The position numbers and the translations under genes were made by a program. Positions 10,012 to 19,599 of a stretch of DNA of 49,747 nt are shown here, one piece after another. The first letter of the stretch is position 1; each line of letters opens with the position of its first letter. Source of the stretch: Vulcanimicrobiales bacterium. GTDB lineage: Bacteria > Vulcanimicrobiota > Vulcanimicrobiia > Vulcanimicrobiales > Vulcanimicrobiaceae. The stretch lies in contig JBBRLI010000020.1 of assembly GCA_038231455.1 (NCBI GenBank), positions 1-49,747 of the forward strand, given 5' to 3'. The notes beneath the pieces are model-generated. The model did no database searches. It saw only the letters and a list, made by a program, of their open reading frames with translations, and was not told the DNA's origin.

Positions 10012-10935
10012 TTGCGTGCCACCATTAAAACCGTCGTCAGCGTGTCGCTTGGGTCGTCCTCGCGCGATCATCATGCCAAGGTCGAGTTGCTCGGCGAGCA
10101 GTTCGATATTACGCGCATCGGGATGGATGGGTCGCTCGATAAAGCCATCGCGAAAATTAAGGAACTCGATGGAACCGTCGATGCGATCGGCCTCGGCGGT
10201 ATCGACGTGTATCTCTATGCGGGCAAGAAACGCTACGCCATTCGCGATGGACTCAAACTCCTGGATGCGGCAAAAATAACGCCGGTGGTTGACGGCAGTG
10301 GTCTGAAGAATACACTCGAACGCGAAGCGGTCGGTTATTTGCAGCGCGAGCTTGGCATCGAGCTAAGCGGCAAACGGGTCCTTATGGTGAGCGCGCTGGA
10401 TCGATTCGGGATGGCGCAAGCGCTCGTCGCGGCGGGTGCGGAAGTCGTCTTCGGCGATTTCATCTTCGCGCTCGATCTCGACAAGCCGGTGCGGGGTCTT
10501 GATGAGTTCGAAGAGCTCGCGCAAAAGTATCTTCCGGATGCGTGCAAGTTGCCGTTTCAATTCTTCTACCCCACCGGCAAGAAACAAGACCGTCCGCCGG
10601 AATCCAAATATCCTGAGTATTACGACGACGCCGAGATCATCGCCGGAGATTTCCATTTCATGCGCGCGTATATGCCGCCGCGCCTCGACAATAAGACGGT
10701 CCTCACCAACACGCTGACCGCTCGCGATATCGAAGAACTCCGCTCGCGGGGCGTGACGACCCTCATCACAACGACGCCCGATTTTCAAGGGCGGTCGTTC
10801 GGCACCAACGTCCTCGAAGCGGCCCTCATCGCGCTTCTCGGCAAAACGTGGGCCGACGTGACGGATGAGGACTACGCGCGCGTTCTGCGCGACCTCGATT
10901 TGCGACCGCGCGTTTTGGAATTCTCCGCCCCTTGA
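10012..10935 (+). CDS. Conserved protein of unknown function (family often auto-annotated 'quinate 5-dehydrogenase')
   Basis: VVSVSLGSSSRDH, DAIGLGGID, VDGSGLKNTLER, DRFGMA, IAGDFH and GRSFGTNVLEA. Start uncertain (TTG 10012 or GTG 9973). Confidence 0.7.
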   Translation: MRATIKTVVSVSLGSSSRDHHAKVELLGEQFDITRIGMDGSLDKAIAKIKELDGTVDAIGLGGIDVYLYAGKKRYAIRDGLKLLDAAKITPVVDGSGLKNTLEREAVGYLQRELGIELSGKRVLMVSALDRFGMAQALVAAGAEVVFGDFIFALDLDKPVRGLDEFEELAQKYLPDACKLPFQFFYPTGKKQDRPPESKYPEYYDDAEIIAGDFHFMRAYMPPRLDNKTVLTNTLTARDIEELRSRGVTTLITTTPDFQGRSFGTNVLEAALIALLGKTWADVTDEDYARVLRDLDLRPRVLEFSAP

Positions 10936-12344
10936 TCGTGCTGCGCCGTCTTGGCGCAACGCAGGCGCACGACCGCGAGCGCGAGGCGGTCGGGGTTCCG
11001 CTGCGTCGCGTCCTCGGAGTGTGGGGACTCATCGCGGTTGGCCTCGGCACGATGCTGGGCGGCGTCTTCACGACGATTGGGTCGGGGATGAACGCCGCAG
11101 GGCCTGGCGTGATTGCATCGTTTGCGCTTTCGGGTCTTGCGTGTATTTTCGTTGCGCTCTGTTATGCAGAACTTGCATCGATGGTTCCGATAGCGGGCAG
11201 CGCCTACACCTATGCGTATGCGACGCTCGGTGAATTCGTCGCGTGGATTATCGGCTGGGATCTGATCCTCGAATACGGCATCAGCGTCGCGCCGACGGCG
11301 GCGGCTTGGTCCGGTTACGTCCAGAGTTTTCTCTCCGGTTTCGGCGTTAATCTTCCGGATTGGGCGCGCGTCGCACACGTCCTCACCCCGAGCGGGGCGA
11401 TCGATTTTTCCCATTTACAGATCGACGTGCCGGCGATCGCGATCATTTTAACGATCACCGCACTCCTCGCAATCGGGATCGACGAATCTTCGCGGACGAA
11501 TTCGATCATGGTCGGTATTCAGGTTCTCGCAATCGTCATTTTTATCGTCGCGCTCTTTGGCTCGGTGCAACCGGTGCTTTTCACGCCGTTCATTCCAACG
11601 GGCGGCGCAGGCATCCTCACCGGCGCTGCGCTCGTCTTCTTCGCGTACATCGGCTTCGATACGGTCACGGTTGCATCGGAAGAGGCGAAGCGCCCCGCAA
11701 TCGACGTGCCGCGCGCGATCGTCGGCTCGCTGATCGTTGGGATGATCTTGTATCTTGCGATCGCTTACGTAACGGTGGGCCTCGTGCCGTGGAAGGCAAT
11801 CGATCCCAACGCCGGGATGGCCGATGCGGTCAAACACGCGGGTAATCCGCGCTGGCTTGCAGCGATCGTCTTCGCCGGTGCCTTTGCCGGTACGACGACG
11901 GTGATGCTCACCTCACTGCTCGGGCAAGTGCGAATTTTTTACGTGATGGCGCGCGACCGCATGCTGCCGCCATTCGTCGCGCACGTCCATAAACGCACGC
12001 AGACGCCGGTGCGTACGACGATTGCAACCGGAATACTCGTTGCAATTCTTGCCGGTGTCATACCGCTCGAAGCGCTCCTGGCACTCGTCAATATCGGTAC
12101 GCTCTCAGCCTTTACGATCGTCTGCATCGGCGTGCTGTTCTTACGCGTGCGCAAGCCCGAAGCGAAGCGGCCGTTCCGTGCTCCGCTGGTGTTCGTTACC
12201 GCTCCGCTCGGTGCGATCTTGTGCATCGGGATCATGACGGGTCTCAGCGCTGCGACGTGGATTCGCTTCGTCGTTTGGTTCGCCGTCGGCGTTGCGGTTT
12301 ACGCGGCGTACGGCTATCGTCATTCGCTGTTGCGCAAGACGTGA
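10932..12344 (+). CDS. APC-family amino acid permease (cationic/YhdG-like)
   Basis: CYAELASMVPIAGSAYTY, FFAYIGFD, RIFYVMARD and LVNIGTL motifs, with about 12 hydrophobic segments. Confidence 0.9.
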   Translation: MIVLRRLGATQAHDREREAVGVPLRRVLGVWGLIAVGLGTMLGGVFTTIGSGMNAAGPGVIASFALSGLACIFVALCYAELASMVPIAGSAYTYAYATLGEFVAWIIGWDLILEYGISVAPTAAAWSGYVQSFLSGFGVNLPDWARVAHVLTPSGAIDFSHLQIDVPAIAIILTITALLAIGIDESSRTNSIMVGIQVLAIVIFIVALFGSVQPVLFTPFIPTGGAGILTGAALVFFAYIGFDTVTVASEEAKRPAIDVPRAIVGSLIVGMILYLAIAYVTVGLVPWKAIDPNAGMADAVKHAGNPRWLAAIVFAGAFAGTTTVMLTSLLGQVRIFYVMARDRMLPPFVAHVHKRTQTPVRTTIATGILVAILAGVIPLEALLALVNIGTLSAFTIVCIGVLFLRVRKPEAKRPFRAPLVFVTAPLGAILCIGIMTGLSAATWIRFVVWFAVGVAVYAAYGYRHSLLRKT

Positions 12345-13655
12345 ATGAAACGCGTCCTCGGTCTTGCCGATTTGCTCGTGATCGCGGCGGCGGCGATCGG
12401 TCCCGGCTTCGCGCTTGCGACCACGATGGGACCGATGGTCGGCGCGGGCGGTTACGCCGCACCACTCGCGCTTCTCGTCGTAACCGCAATCATGGCGTGC
12501 GTTGCAAGCGGGTATTTGCGACTGGGCACGCTGCATCCGAACGCCGGTTCATCGTACACTTGGATTCGCTCGGCGTTCGGCCCGACGTTCGGCGCGTACG
12601 GCGCGTGGGTGCTCATCGTTGCAAACATCTTCGCCATTGTTGTCACCGCTTTACCGGCGGGAACCTATACGCTGGATCTGCTCGCCCCGCAGTACGCTGA
12701 CTCGCCGATTGCAACGGCCGGAGTCGCGGCGCTCTGGACGATTGCCGCGGGTGCGCTTCTCGCGCGCGGCCTCAAACCGACGGCGCTCGTCACGATGGTC
12801 TTGGTGATCGCGGAGTTTGCCGTGCTCGGTGCGGCCGCCGTCGCGGCACTCTTGCTGCACGCAATCCCGAAGGCGGGCGCTGTTGCAAGCGAGGGCGGTG
12901 TGACGGGCTTTATCGGAGCGGTCGTGATCGGGATCTGGATGATCGACGGCTGGGAAGTCTCGGCCTCGACGGCCGAAGAGGCAAACGACGTGACGCGCGC
13001 GCCGGGCCTGGGCGGCCTGGGCGGCCTGGCAATCACCGCCGGTATTCTCGTCCTTTGCATGACCGCGTTTCTGCGGATCGGTACTCCGGCGAGTTTCGCG
13101 GAACACGCAACGGACGTGATGGCCTACGTCGGCACGCTCCTCGGCGGCGGTCCATGGCGGACGATCATTGCGGCAACGGTGCTCGTGTCGCTCGCGGCCT
13201 CGCTCCAAACAACGCTTGTCTATTTAAGCCGGAGCATCTTTGCGATGGGCCGCGACGGATTTGTTCCGCCGGCGCTCGGTCGGCTCGACGAGCGCGGCGT
13301 ACCCCTCGTCGCCATCATCTCTCTTACGGCACTGGGTGTCATTTTCTGCCTCGCAAGCGCCCTCTTGCCGAGCGTCAAGCGCGCTTTCGATCTGGTCCTC
13401 AGCGGGACATCGGTCTTCCTCGGTGTCCTCTTTTTACTCAGCGCGGCTGCAAGTGTTCGCCTCTTTTGGACCGAACGCGGAGCTCGATGGCTAAGTGGGG
13501 CCGGATTACCCGGGTTTGCCACGGTCGCTTTAGCGGGTATTTTGGTTGTAGCAGTCGCAGAAAGCGACCCTCGGACACAGCGGTTTATCGCCGCGAGTGC
13601 CGCCCTTGGTCTCCCGCTCGCTATTTGGCGCGGCCGGGTGATGCATCGGTCCTAA
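12345..13655 (+). CDS. APC-family amino acid/amine permease
   Basis: PNAGSSYTW, GWEVSASTAEE and SRSIFAMGRDG motifs; multi-pass membrane protein. Confidence 0.85.
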   Translation: MKRVLGLADLLVIAAAAIGPGFALATTMGPMVGAGGYAAPLALLVVTAIMACVASGYLRLGTLHPNAGSSYTWIRSAFGPTFGAYGAWVLIVANIFAIVVTALPAGTYTLDLLAPQYADSPIATAGVAALWTIAAGALLARGLKPTALVTMVLVIAEFAVLGAAAVAALLLHAIPKAGAVASEGGVTGFIGAVVIGIWMIDGWEVSASTAEEANDVTRAPGLGGLGGLAITAGILVLCMTAFLRIGTPASFAEHATDVMAYVGTLLGGGPWRTIIAATVLVSLAASLQTTLVYLSRSIFAMGRDGFVPPALGRLDERGVPLVAIISLTALGVIFCLASALLPSVKRAFDLVLSGTSVFLGVLFLLSAAASVRLFWTERGARWLSGAGLPGFATVALAGILVVAVAESDPRTQRFIAASAALGLPLAIWRGRVMHRS

Positions 13656-13679
13656 CGGGTGTTTTTCTAGGAGAGTCGG

Positions 13680-14183
13680 TTGAACGAAAAAGAAGTCGTC
13701 CTTACCAAAGAAGGCTTGCAGAAACTCGAAGACGAGCTCGATGACCTCAAGTCCGTCCATCGTCGCGAAGTAAACGAGCGGATTCGTCAGGCAAAAGAGT
13801 TCGGCGATATCTCCGAAAATGCCGAATACGAAGACGCAAAGCAAGAGCAAGCGTTCGTCGAGGGCCGCATTCTCAAACTCGAATCGATGGTGCGTAACGC
13901 GCGCCTGATCGACGCGAGCGAATACGCTCAAGACGAAGTCCATCTTGGAGCGACGGTCAAGGTCAAAGAAGTGAACGGCACCGTGTCGCGCGAGTTCACG
14001 ATCGTCGGATCGGCAGAAGCCGATCCCAAGAACAACCGTCTCTCGAATGAGTCGCCGGTCGGGCGTGCGCTCATCGGCAAAAAATCCGGTGAGACGGTCG
14101 AAGTGACGACGCCGCGCGGCGTCACCAAGTACAAGATCGAATCGATCAACAAGGCGCCGAAGAAGGCAAAGAAAGCGTCTTGA
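13680..14183 (+). CDS. greA: Transcription elongation factor GreA
   Basis: GDISENAEY and SNESPVGRAL motifs. AGGAG upstream of the TTG start. Confidence 0.97.
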   Translation: MNEKEVVLTKEGLQKLEDELDDLKSVHRREVNERIRQAKEFGDISENAEYEDAKQEQAFVEGRILKLESMVRNARLIDASEYAQDEVHLGATVKVKEVNGTVSREFTIVGSAEADPKNNRLSNESPVGRALIGKKSGETVEVTTPRGVTKYKIESINKAPKKAKKAS

Positions 14184-15700
14184 CGGACAAGGTCCACGAA
14201 ACGCCCGCCGAGAGCGACGACGATCTCGGCAAACGCGAAGCGGAACTGGTAGCGGCTAGGCGGACAAACCTAGCCGCCTTACGTTCCCGCGGTATCGATC
14301 CGTTTTTAGCGACGCGTTACGACGTCACCGATCATGCGGGCGACCTAGCAAAACAGTACGCGCATCTCGCGCCCGAAGAAAAAGCCATCGACGGCTCGCA
14401 TGCGATTGCGGGACGGCTAATGTCCGTGCGCGTGATGGGCAAGACGCTCTTCGCCGATATCGATGACCGTAGCGGCCGCATGCAGATTTACGCGCGCAAA
14501 GACGAAGTCGGCGACGATCTTTTCGCTGCGCTCAAGGAACTCGACCGCGGTGACTTCCTGGGCGTGCGGGGTTTCGTCTTTCGCTCCAAGATGGGCGAAC
14601 TCACGCTGCACCTGAAGACGTTCGAAATTCTTGGCAAAGCGCTTGCGCCGTTGCCCGATAAGTGGCACGGACTCACCGACGTCGAAAAACGCTATCGTCA
14701 GCGCTACGTCGATTTGATCGTCAATCCGGCCGTGCGAAACGTCTTCATCAAGCGCTCGGAGATCGTCGCGGAGATGCGCCGCTTCATCGACGCGCAGGGC
14801 TTTTACGAGTGCGAGACGCCGACGCTCTTGCACGTCGCCGGCGGCGCATCGGCGCGTCCGTTCAAGACGCACCATAACGCGCTGGACATTCCGCTCAATA
14901 TGCGGATCGCAACGGAGCTCAACCTCAAGCGGCTCATCGTCGGTGGGCTCGAGCGCGTGTATGAGATCGGTCGCATCTTCCGCAACGAAGGCATCGACAC
15001 CAAACATAACCCCGAGTTCACAATGCTCGAACTCTACGCCGCGTACTGGTCCGTGCACGAGATGATGGCGTTCAACGAAGAGTTGATCGCGCATTTGGTC
15101 CGCAAAGTTCACGGCAGCGACCAGCTCGTCTACGGCGAAGAGCCGATCTCGTTCAAGCAGCCCTTCGCGAAGATCGGCTATCTGGAATCGCTTAAGGAAT
15201 ACGGTGGGCTCGAACGTTCGCAGATTCTCGATCCCGAAGGCGCGCAGGAGACGCTACGAACTCTGGGCGTTGCGAAGTCGCCGACGCACGGCCATGCGAT
15301 CGACAAAATCTTCGAGCGCGTCGTCGAACCGCACCTCACCAACCCGACGTTCGTGTACGACATTCCGGTCGTGCTCTCGCCGCTTGCCAAACGGAAAGCC
15401 GACGACCCCGATCTCACCGACCGGTACGAACTCTTTTGCGCGCAGATGGAAGTCGCGAACGCCTTCACCGAGCTCAACGATCCAGACGATCAGCGCCAAC
15501 GCTTCGAACTGCAGATCGCCGAACGTTCGCTCGATGAAGAAGTCCCGCCGCCCGACTGGGATTTCGTGACGGCGCTCGAGTACGGAATGCCGCCGACGGC
15601 CGGCATCGGCATCGGCATCGATCGCCTTGTCATGCTGCTGACGAATAATACATCGATCCGCGATGTGATTCTCTTCCCGTTGCAACGCCCGTTGCAGTAA
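14180..15700 (+). CDS. lysS: Lysine--tRNA ligase (class II)
   Basis: RYRQRYVDL, FRNEGID-x-x-HNPEFTMLE and YGMPPTAGIGIGIDRL motifs. Confidence 0.98.
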   Translation: MTDKVHETPAESDDDLGKREAELVAARRTNLAALRSRGIDPFLATRYDVTDHAGDLAKQYAHLAPEEKAIDGSHAIAGRLMSVRVMGKTLFADIDDRSGRMQIYARKDEVGDDLFAALKELDRGDFLGVRGFVFRSKMGELTLHLKTFEILGKALAPLPDKWHGLTDVEKRYRQRYVDLIVNPAVRNVFIKRSEIVAEMRRFIDAQGFYECETPTLLHVAGGASARPFKTHHNALDIPLNMRIATELNLKRLIVGGLERVYEIGRIFRNEGIDTKHNPEFTMLELYAAYWSVHEMMAFNEELIAHLVRKVHGSDQLVYGEEPISFKQPFAKIGYLESLKEYGGLERSQILDPEGAQETLRTLGVAKSPTHGHAIDKIFERVVEPHLTNPTFVYDIPVVLSPLAKRKADDPDLTDRYELFCAQMEVANAFTELNDPDDQRQRFELQIAERSLDEEVPPPDWDFVTALEYGMPPTAGIGIGIDRLVMLLTNNTSIRDVILFPLQRPLQ

Positions 15701-15719
15701 TTCGCACAAAGGGGATGCC

Positions 15720-16919
15720 GTGATCGTCCAGGACTCCGTCAGCGTGTCACTTGCCGCAATCGATCGCACCGACCGCGAAATTCAAGCGTGGGTCCTCGTC
15801 GATCGCGGCGCTTCCCGCTCGGACGGCGTGGAGTCCACCGCGCCGCTTGCGGATGTGCCCTTCGGCGTGAAAGACATCTTCGATGTTGCCGGTCTTGCGA
15901 CGTCGTGCGGCTTGCCGATGGAACGACGGCGCGCTGCCGTGGATGCGTGGTGTGTTGCCGCACTCCGGGCAGCGGGAGCGATCCCACTTGGCAAAACCCA
16001 CACGACCGCGTTTGCCTTCATCGATCCCGCACCGACGCACAATCCGCTCGACCTCACACGCACGCCCGGCGGATCGAGCGCGGGCAGTGCGGCTGCGGTT
16101 GCGGCCGGCCACGTGCCCTTCGCGCTCGGTTCGCAGACGATTGGCTCGACGTTACGCCCGGCCGCCTATTGCGGCATCGTTGGCTACAAGCCGACCTATG
16201 GTTTGATTCCGACCGCGGGCGTCAGTCCGCTTGCGCCGTCGCTGGATCACGTCGGGATCATCGCGCGCGATATCGCCATGACCGAACGCGTCGCGCGTAC
16301 GCTCATCCCCGGATTCGGATCGCGCGAACGCCATGCGCTGAAGCTGGCGTACGCTCCGCGCACGCTTGCGAAACGATTCGACCCGATGACGCTTGACGTC
16401 ATCGATGAGGCCGTCACGCGCCTGCGCGAAGCGGGGCTCGACATCACGACGATCGAGCTTCCCGACGAGGTTGAGGCATCGCTCCCGATCACGCAGACGA
16501 TTCTCGGCTTTGAGGCGTATCACGCACTTCGGCCGATGCTCGCCCGCGAATTGCCGCCGGAGATTTACAACTTGCTGATGCGCGGATCGGCGGTCACCTT
16601 CGCCGACTATCGCGAAGCGCTCGCGTGGCGCGAACGCACGAGGCCTTCGATCGAAGCGGCGCTCGCGCATTACGATGGCGTCATGATGCCCGTTGCCAAC
16701 GTCGCGCCGCGACGCGCGACGACGGGCGACGGCGCACCGCTGGGACCGTGGACCTTCTGGGGCACGCCCGCCGCGAGCGTCCGCGTCGGCATGCACGATG
16801 GACTTCCAATATCGGTCCAAATCGTCGGCGCACGCAATACCGATGCAAGCGTTCTCACGGCCGCCGCCGCGGTTGAAAACAACGTCGCGGCTTGGATCAT
16901 CGCCGAATCGAAGAACTAG
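15720..16919 (+). CDS. Amidase-signature family enzyme
   Basis: PFGVKD, PGGSSAGSAAAVAAG and GSQTIGS supply the Lys-Ser-Ser triad. Confidence 0.9.
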   Translation: MIVQDSVSVSLAAIDRTDREIQAWVLVDRGASRSDGVESTAPLADVPFGVKDIFDVAGLATSCGLPMERRRAAVDAWCVAALRAAGAIPLGKTHTTAFAFIDPAPTHNPLDLTRTPGGSSAGSAAAVAAGHVPFALGSQTIGSTLRPAAYCGIVGYKPTYGLIPTAGVSPLAPSLDHVGIIARDIAMTERVARTLIPGFGSRERHALKLAYAPRTLAKRFDPMTLDVIDEAVTRLREAGLDITTIELPDEVEASLPITQTILGFEAYHALRPMLARELPPEIYNLLMRGSAVTFADYREALAWRERTRPSIEAALAHYDGVMMPVANVAPRRATTGDGAPLGPWTFWGTPAASVRVGMHDGLPISVQIVGARNTDASVLTAAAAVENNVAAWIIAESKN

Positions 16920-18001
16920 GCCGTTAAGAGCGTCGCTTCCAGCGCGAGCGTTAGGCGTTTTGTCTGCGAAGGTGTTCCCACCGAGATGCGGATGTAACGT
17001 TCGAGAGGCGGAGCGGACGGTTTGCGGATGTGAATGCCGCGACGCATGAGATCGTTCATGATTTGCGTCGCTCGCTCGGGAGTACCGCAATCGAAGAGCA
17101 CGAAGTTGGCGGTCGAGGGCAGCGTCGGTAAGCCGATCTTCTCGCCGAGTCGGTAATAGTTCTCGCGTTCGTTCGAAATTTTGCCGACGACGTCGGCCAC
17201 GTAAAGCCGGTCCGCAAGCGACGCCGTCGCAGCGGCCTGCGCGAAGCGGTTGACGCCATACCAGAGGCGGATCGCTTCGAGTGCGGCGATCGCCTCGCGC
17301 GATCCCAAAGCGTAGCCGACGCGTAGCGATGCCAAACCATATTCTTTTGAAAACGTCCGCATGCGGATGACGCGCGGGTCGAGATAGTTCTCGGGCGCGC
17401 GTTCGATTGCGGGAACGAAGTTCGCGTACGCCTCATCGTGGATAACCAGCGAATTCGCCGGCAACGCGTCGATGAAGGCGAGCACGTCGCGCCACGCGAT
17501 GTGCGAACCGGTCGGATTATCGGGATTGGGGAGAAAAATCAAGGCTCCATCCGTCGCTTTCGCGGCGGCGAGATAGCCGTCCAGATCGATTCGTGCACTT
17601 GCGAGGTACGGAACACGCGTGAGCGCTGTCTCGTACCCGATCGCGTGCATCTCGAACGTCGGAAAACCGCCAAGCGAGGTGATCGTCGGTGTGCCCGGTG
17701 GCGCGTACGCACGCATTACCACGCCGATCAGATCGTCGATCCCCGCGCCAACCGTGACGTTTTCTGGAGCGACGCGGTGAAGCGAGGCGATCGCTTCGCG
17801 CAGATCGTGCGTGCCCGGATCGCCGTAGCGGCTCGCGTGCGCCGTTTGCGCTGCGATAGCGGCGAGCGCTCGCGGACTTGGGCCGTAGGGCGATTCGTTC
17901 GATCCGAGCCGCAAGAGATCGCGGACACCGGCCTTTCGTGCGAGTGATTCGGGGCCGGCGAGAGCCGATGGAGCGCCTTGGGATAAGCCACGGGGATGCA
18001 T
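16916..18001 (-). CDS. HisC-like (histidinol-phosphate/aromatic) aminotransferase
   Basis: LGSNESPYGPS, PNPDNPTG, DEAY and RTFSKEYGLASLRVGY motifs. Confidence 0.85.
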   Translation of the reverse strand: MHPRGLSQGAPSALAGPESLARKAGVRDLLRLGSNESPYGPSPRALAAIAAQTAHASRYGDPGTHDLREAIASLHRVAPENVTVGAGIDDLIGVVMRAYAPPGTPTITSLGGFPTFEMHAIGYETALTRVPYLASARIDLDGYLAAAKATDGALIFLPNPDNPTGSHIAWRDVLAFIDALPANSLVIHDEAYANFVPAIERAPENYLDPRVIRMRTFSKEYGLASLRVGYALGSREAIAALEAIRLWYGVNRFAQAAATASLADRLYVADVVGKISNERENYYRLGEKIGLPTLPSTANFVLFDCGTPERATQIMNDLMRRGIHIRKPSAPPLERYIRISVGTPSQTKRLTLALEATLLTA

Positions 18002-18063
18002 TACCGTGCGGTTCTCAGCGCCGCGAAAGATGCCCCGCTGAGCCCCTGCTCGAACTCTCGCGC

Positions 18064-19599
18064 ATGGCGATGATTTCTTCGGCAATCGAACTCGACGGCA
18101 CGCACCTTTCGCTTGAGGACGTCGAACGAATCGCGGTTGGCAACGTGCCCATCACGGTCACCGCCGCCGCGCGCCAACGCGTAGCCGCGGCGCGCGCGAC
18201 CGTCGACCGCCAATTCGCTTTGGGAGTCGCTATCTACGGCGTGACGACGGGATTCGGCCGGATGGCTAACGTTACGATCGATGCGGCCGATACCAAAAAA
18301 CTGCAATTGAATTTAGTGCGTTCGCACGCGTCGGGCACCGGTCCATCGCTTGCGGAGGAACACGTGCGTGCCGCCGGCGTCTTACGGGTCAACGCACTCG
18401 CTACGGGCCACTCCGGCATTACCCTTGCGACGCTCGACTTGCTCATCGAACTGCTCAACCGCGGCGTGACGCCGGTCGTTCCCGCGCAAGGGTCGGTCGG
18501 TGCAAGCGGGGATCTCGCTCCGCTCGCGCACATGACGCTCACGCTCATCGGCGAGGGTGAGGCAACCTATCGCGGCGAGCAGTTGCCGAGCGCCGAGGCG
18601 CTCCGTCGCGCGGGACTTACGCCGATCGAACTCGGCGCGAAGGAAGGGCTCTCGCTTGTCAACGGCACCGAAGTGATGACCGCGATCGCCGTGCTCTCCG
18701 TGCTGCGCGCGCAGCATCTGTTGGCGGTCGCGGATGTCATCGGTGCCCTCTCGCTTGAAGCCTATCTTGCGACCGATCACGTCTTCGACCGTCGCATCAA
18801 CGCGCTGCGCCCGCACGTCGGTCAGCGGGTTGTCGCAGACCGCTTGCGCGCGCTGCTCTCGGGTTCGGAGATCATGCTCTCGCATCGCGACTGCGGACGC
18901 GTGCAAGATCCGTATTCGTTCCGCTGCATTCCAGTCGTTCACGGCGCCGTGCGCGACGCGATCGCGCACGTCCGCGGCGTCGTGGAGATCGAGGCGAATT
19001 CGGTCACCGACAATCCGCTGATCTTTCCCGAGGACGACGAATTTCTCACCGGCGGGAATTTTCACGGTCAACCGATCGCGGTCGCGTGCGACTTCCTCAA
19101 GATGGCGCTCGTCGGGATGGCGAGTATGAGCGAACGCCGCACGTACTCGCTGCTCGATGCGGAAGATCGCGGCTTACCGCTGTTCCTCGCCCACAAGCCC
19201 GGTCTCGAATCGGGTCTGATGCTCGCGCAGTACACGGCTGCAGCGCTGGTAAGTGAGAGTAAAGGTCTCGCATCGCCGAACTCGGTCGATTCGATTCCGA
19301 CCTCGGCCGGGCAAGAAGATCACGTCAGCATGGGCACGACGGCTGCGCGCATGCTCGATGCGATTTGCACGAACGTCGAAGGCGTACTCGCTTGCGAATT
19401 GCTTGCGGCGCTTGCCGCAACCGATTTCCGTCGTCCGCTTCGGTCGGGCGTTGGCACGGGTGCGGCGTTTGCGCTTGCCCGCGAAACCATCGCTCCGCTC
19501 GACGAAGATCGTTCGCCCGCGCCCGATATCGTGGCGGCACGTGCGCTGATCGCCGACGGATCGCTCGTTGCTGCGGCCGACCGGGCCGCAGGCTTGTGA
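18064..19599 (+). CDS. hutH: Histidine ammonia-lyase
   Basis: [15 protein letters not shown] (HAL-type SH), [12 protein letters not shown] (MIO), QDPYSFRC and QEDHVSMG motifs. Confidence 0.95.
   Translation: MAMISSAIELDGTHLSLEDVERIAVGNVPITVTAAARQRVAAARATVDRQFALGVAIYGVTTGFGRMANVTIDAADTKKLQLNLVRSHASGTGPSLAEEHVRAAGVLRVNALATGHSGITLATLDLLIELLNRGVTPVVPAQGSVGASGDLAPLAHMTLTLIGEGEATYRGEQLPSAEALRRAGLTPIELGAKEGLSLVNGTEVMTAIAVLSVLRAQHLLAVADVIGALSLEAYLATDHVFDRRINALRPHVGQRVVADRLRALLSGSEIMLSHRDCGRVQDPYSFRCIPVVHGAVRDAIAHVRGVVEIEANSVTDNPLIFPEDDEFLTGGNFHGQPIAVACDFLKMALVGMASMSERRTYSLLDAEDRGLPLFLAHKPGLESGLMLAQYTAAALVSESKGLASPNSVDSIPTSAGQEDHVSMGTTAARMLDAICTNVEGVLACELLAALAATDFRRPLRSGVGTGAAFALARETIAPLDEDRSPAPDIVAARALIADGSLVAAADRAAGL

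Noticed and set aside
13004-13029. Short GGCGGCCTG tandem repeat
   Set aside because: It is an in-frame coding repeat (GLGGLGGL) within a permease helix, too short to suggest phase variation.
18064-19599. Ammonia-lyase as the TAL supplying p-coumarate to the PYP
   Set aside because: It has the HAL-type RSH specificity motif and is coupled to hutU, so it is hutH.
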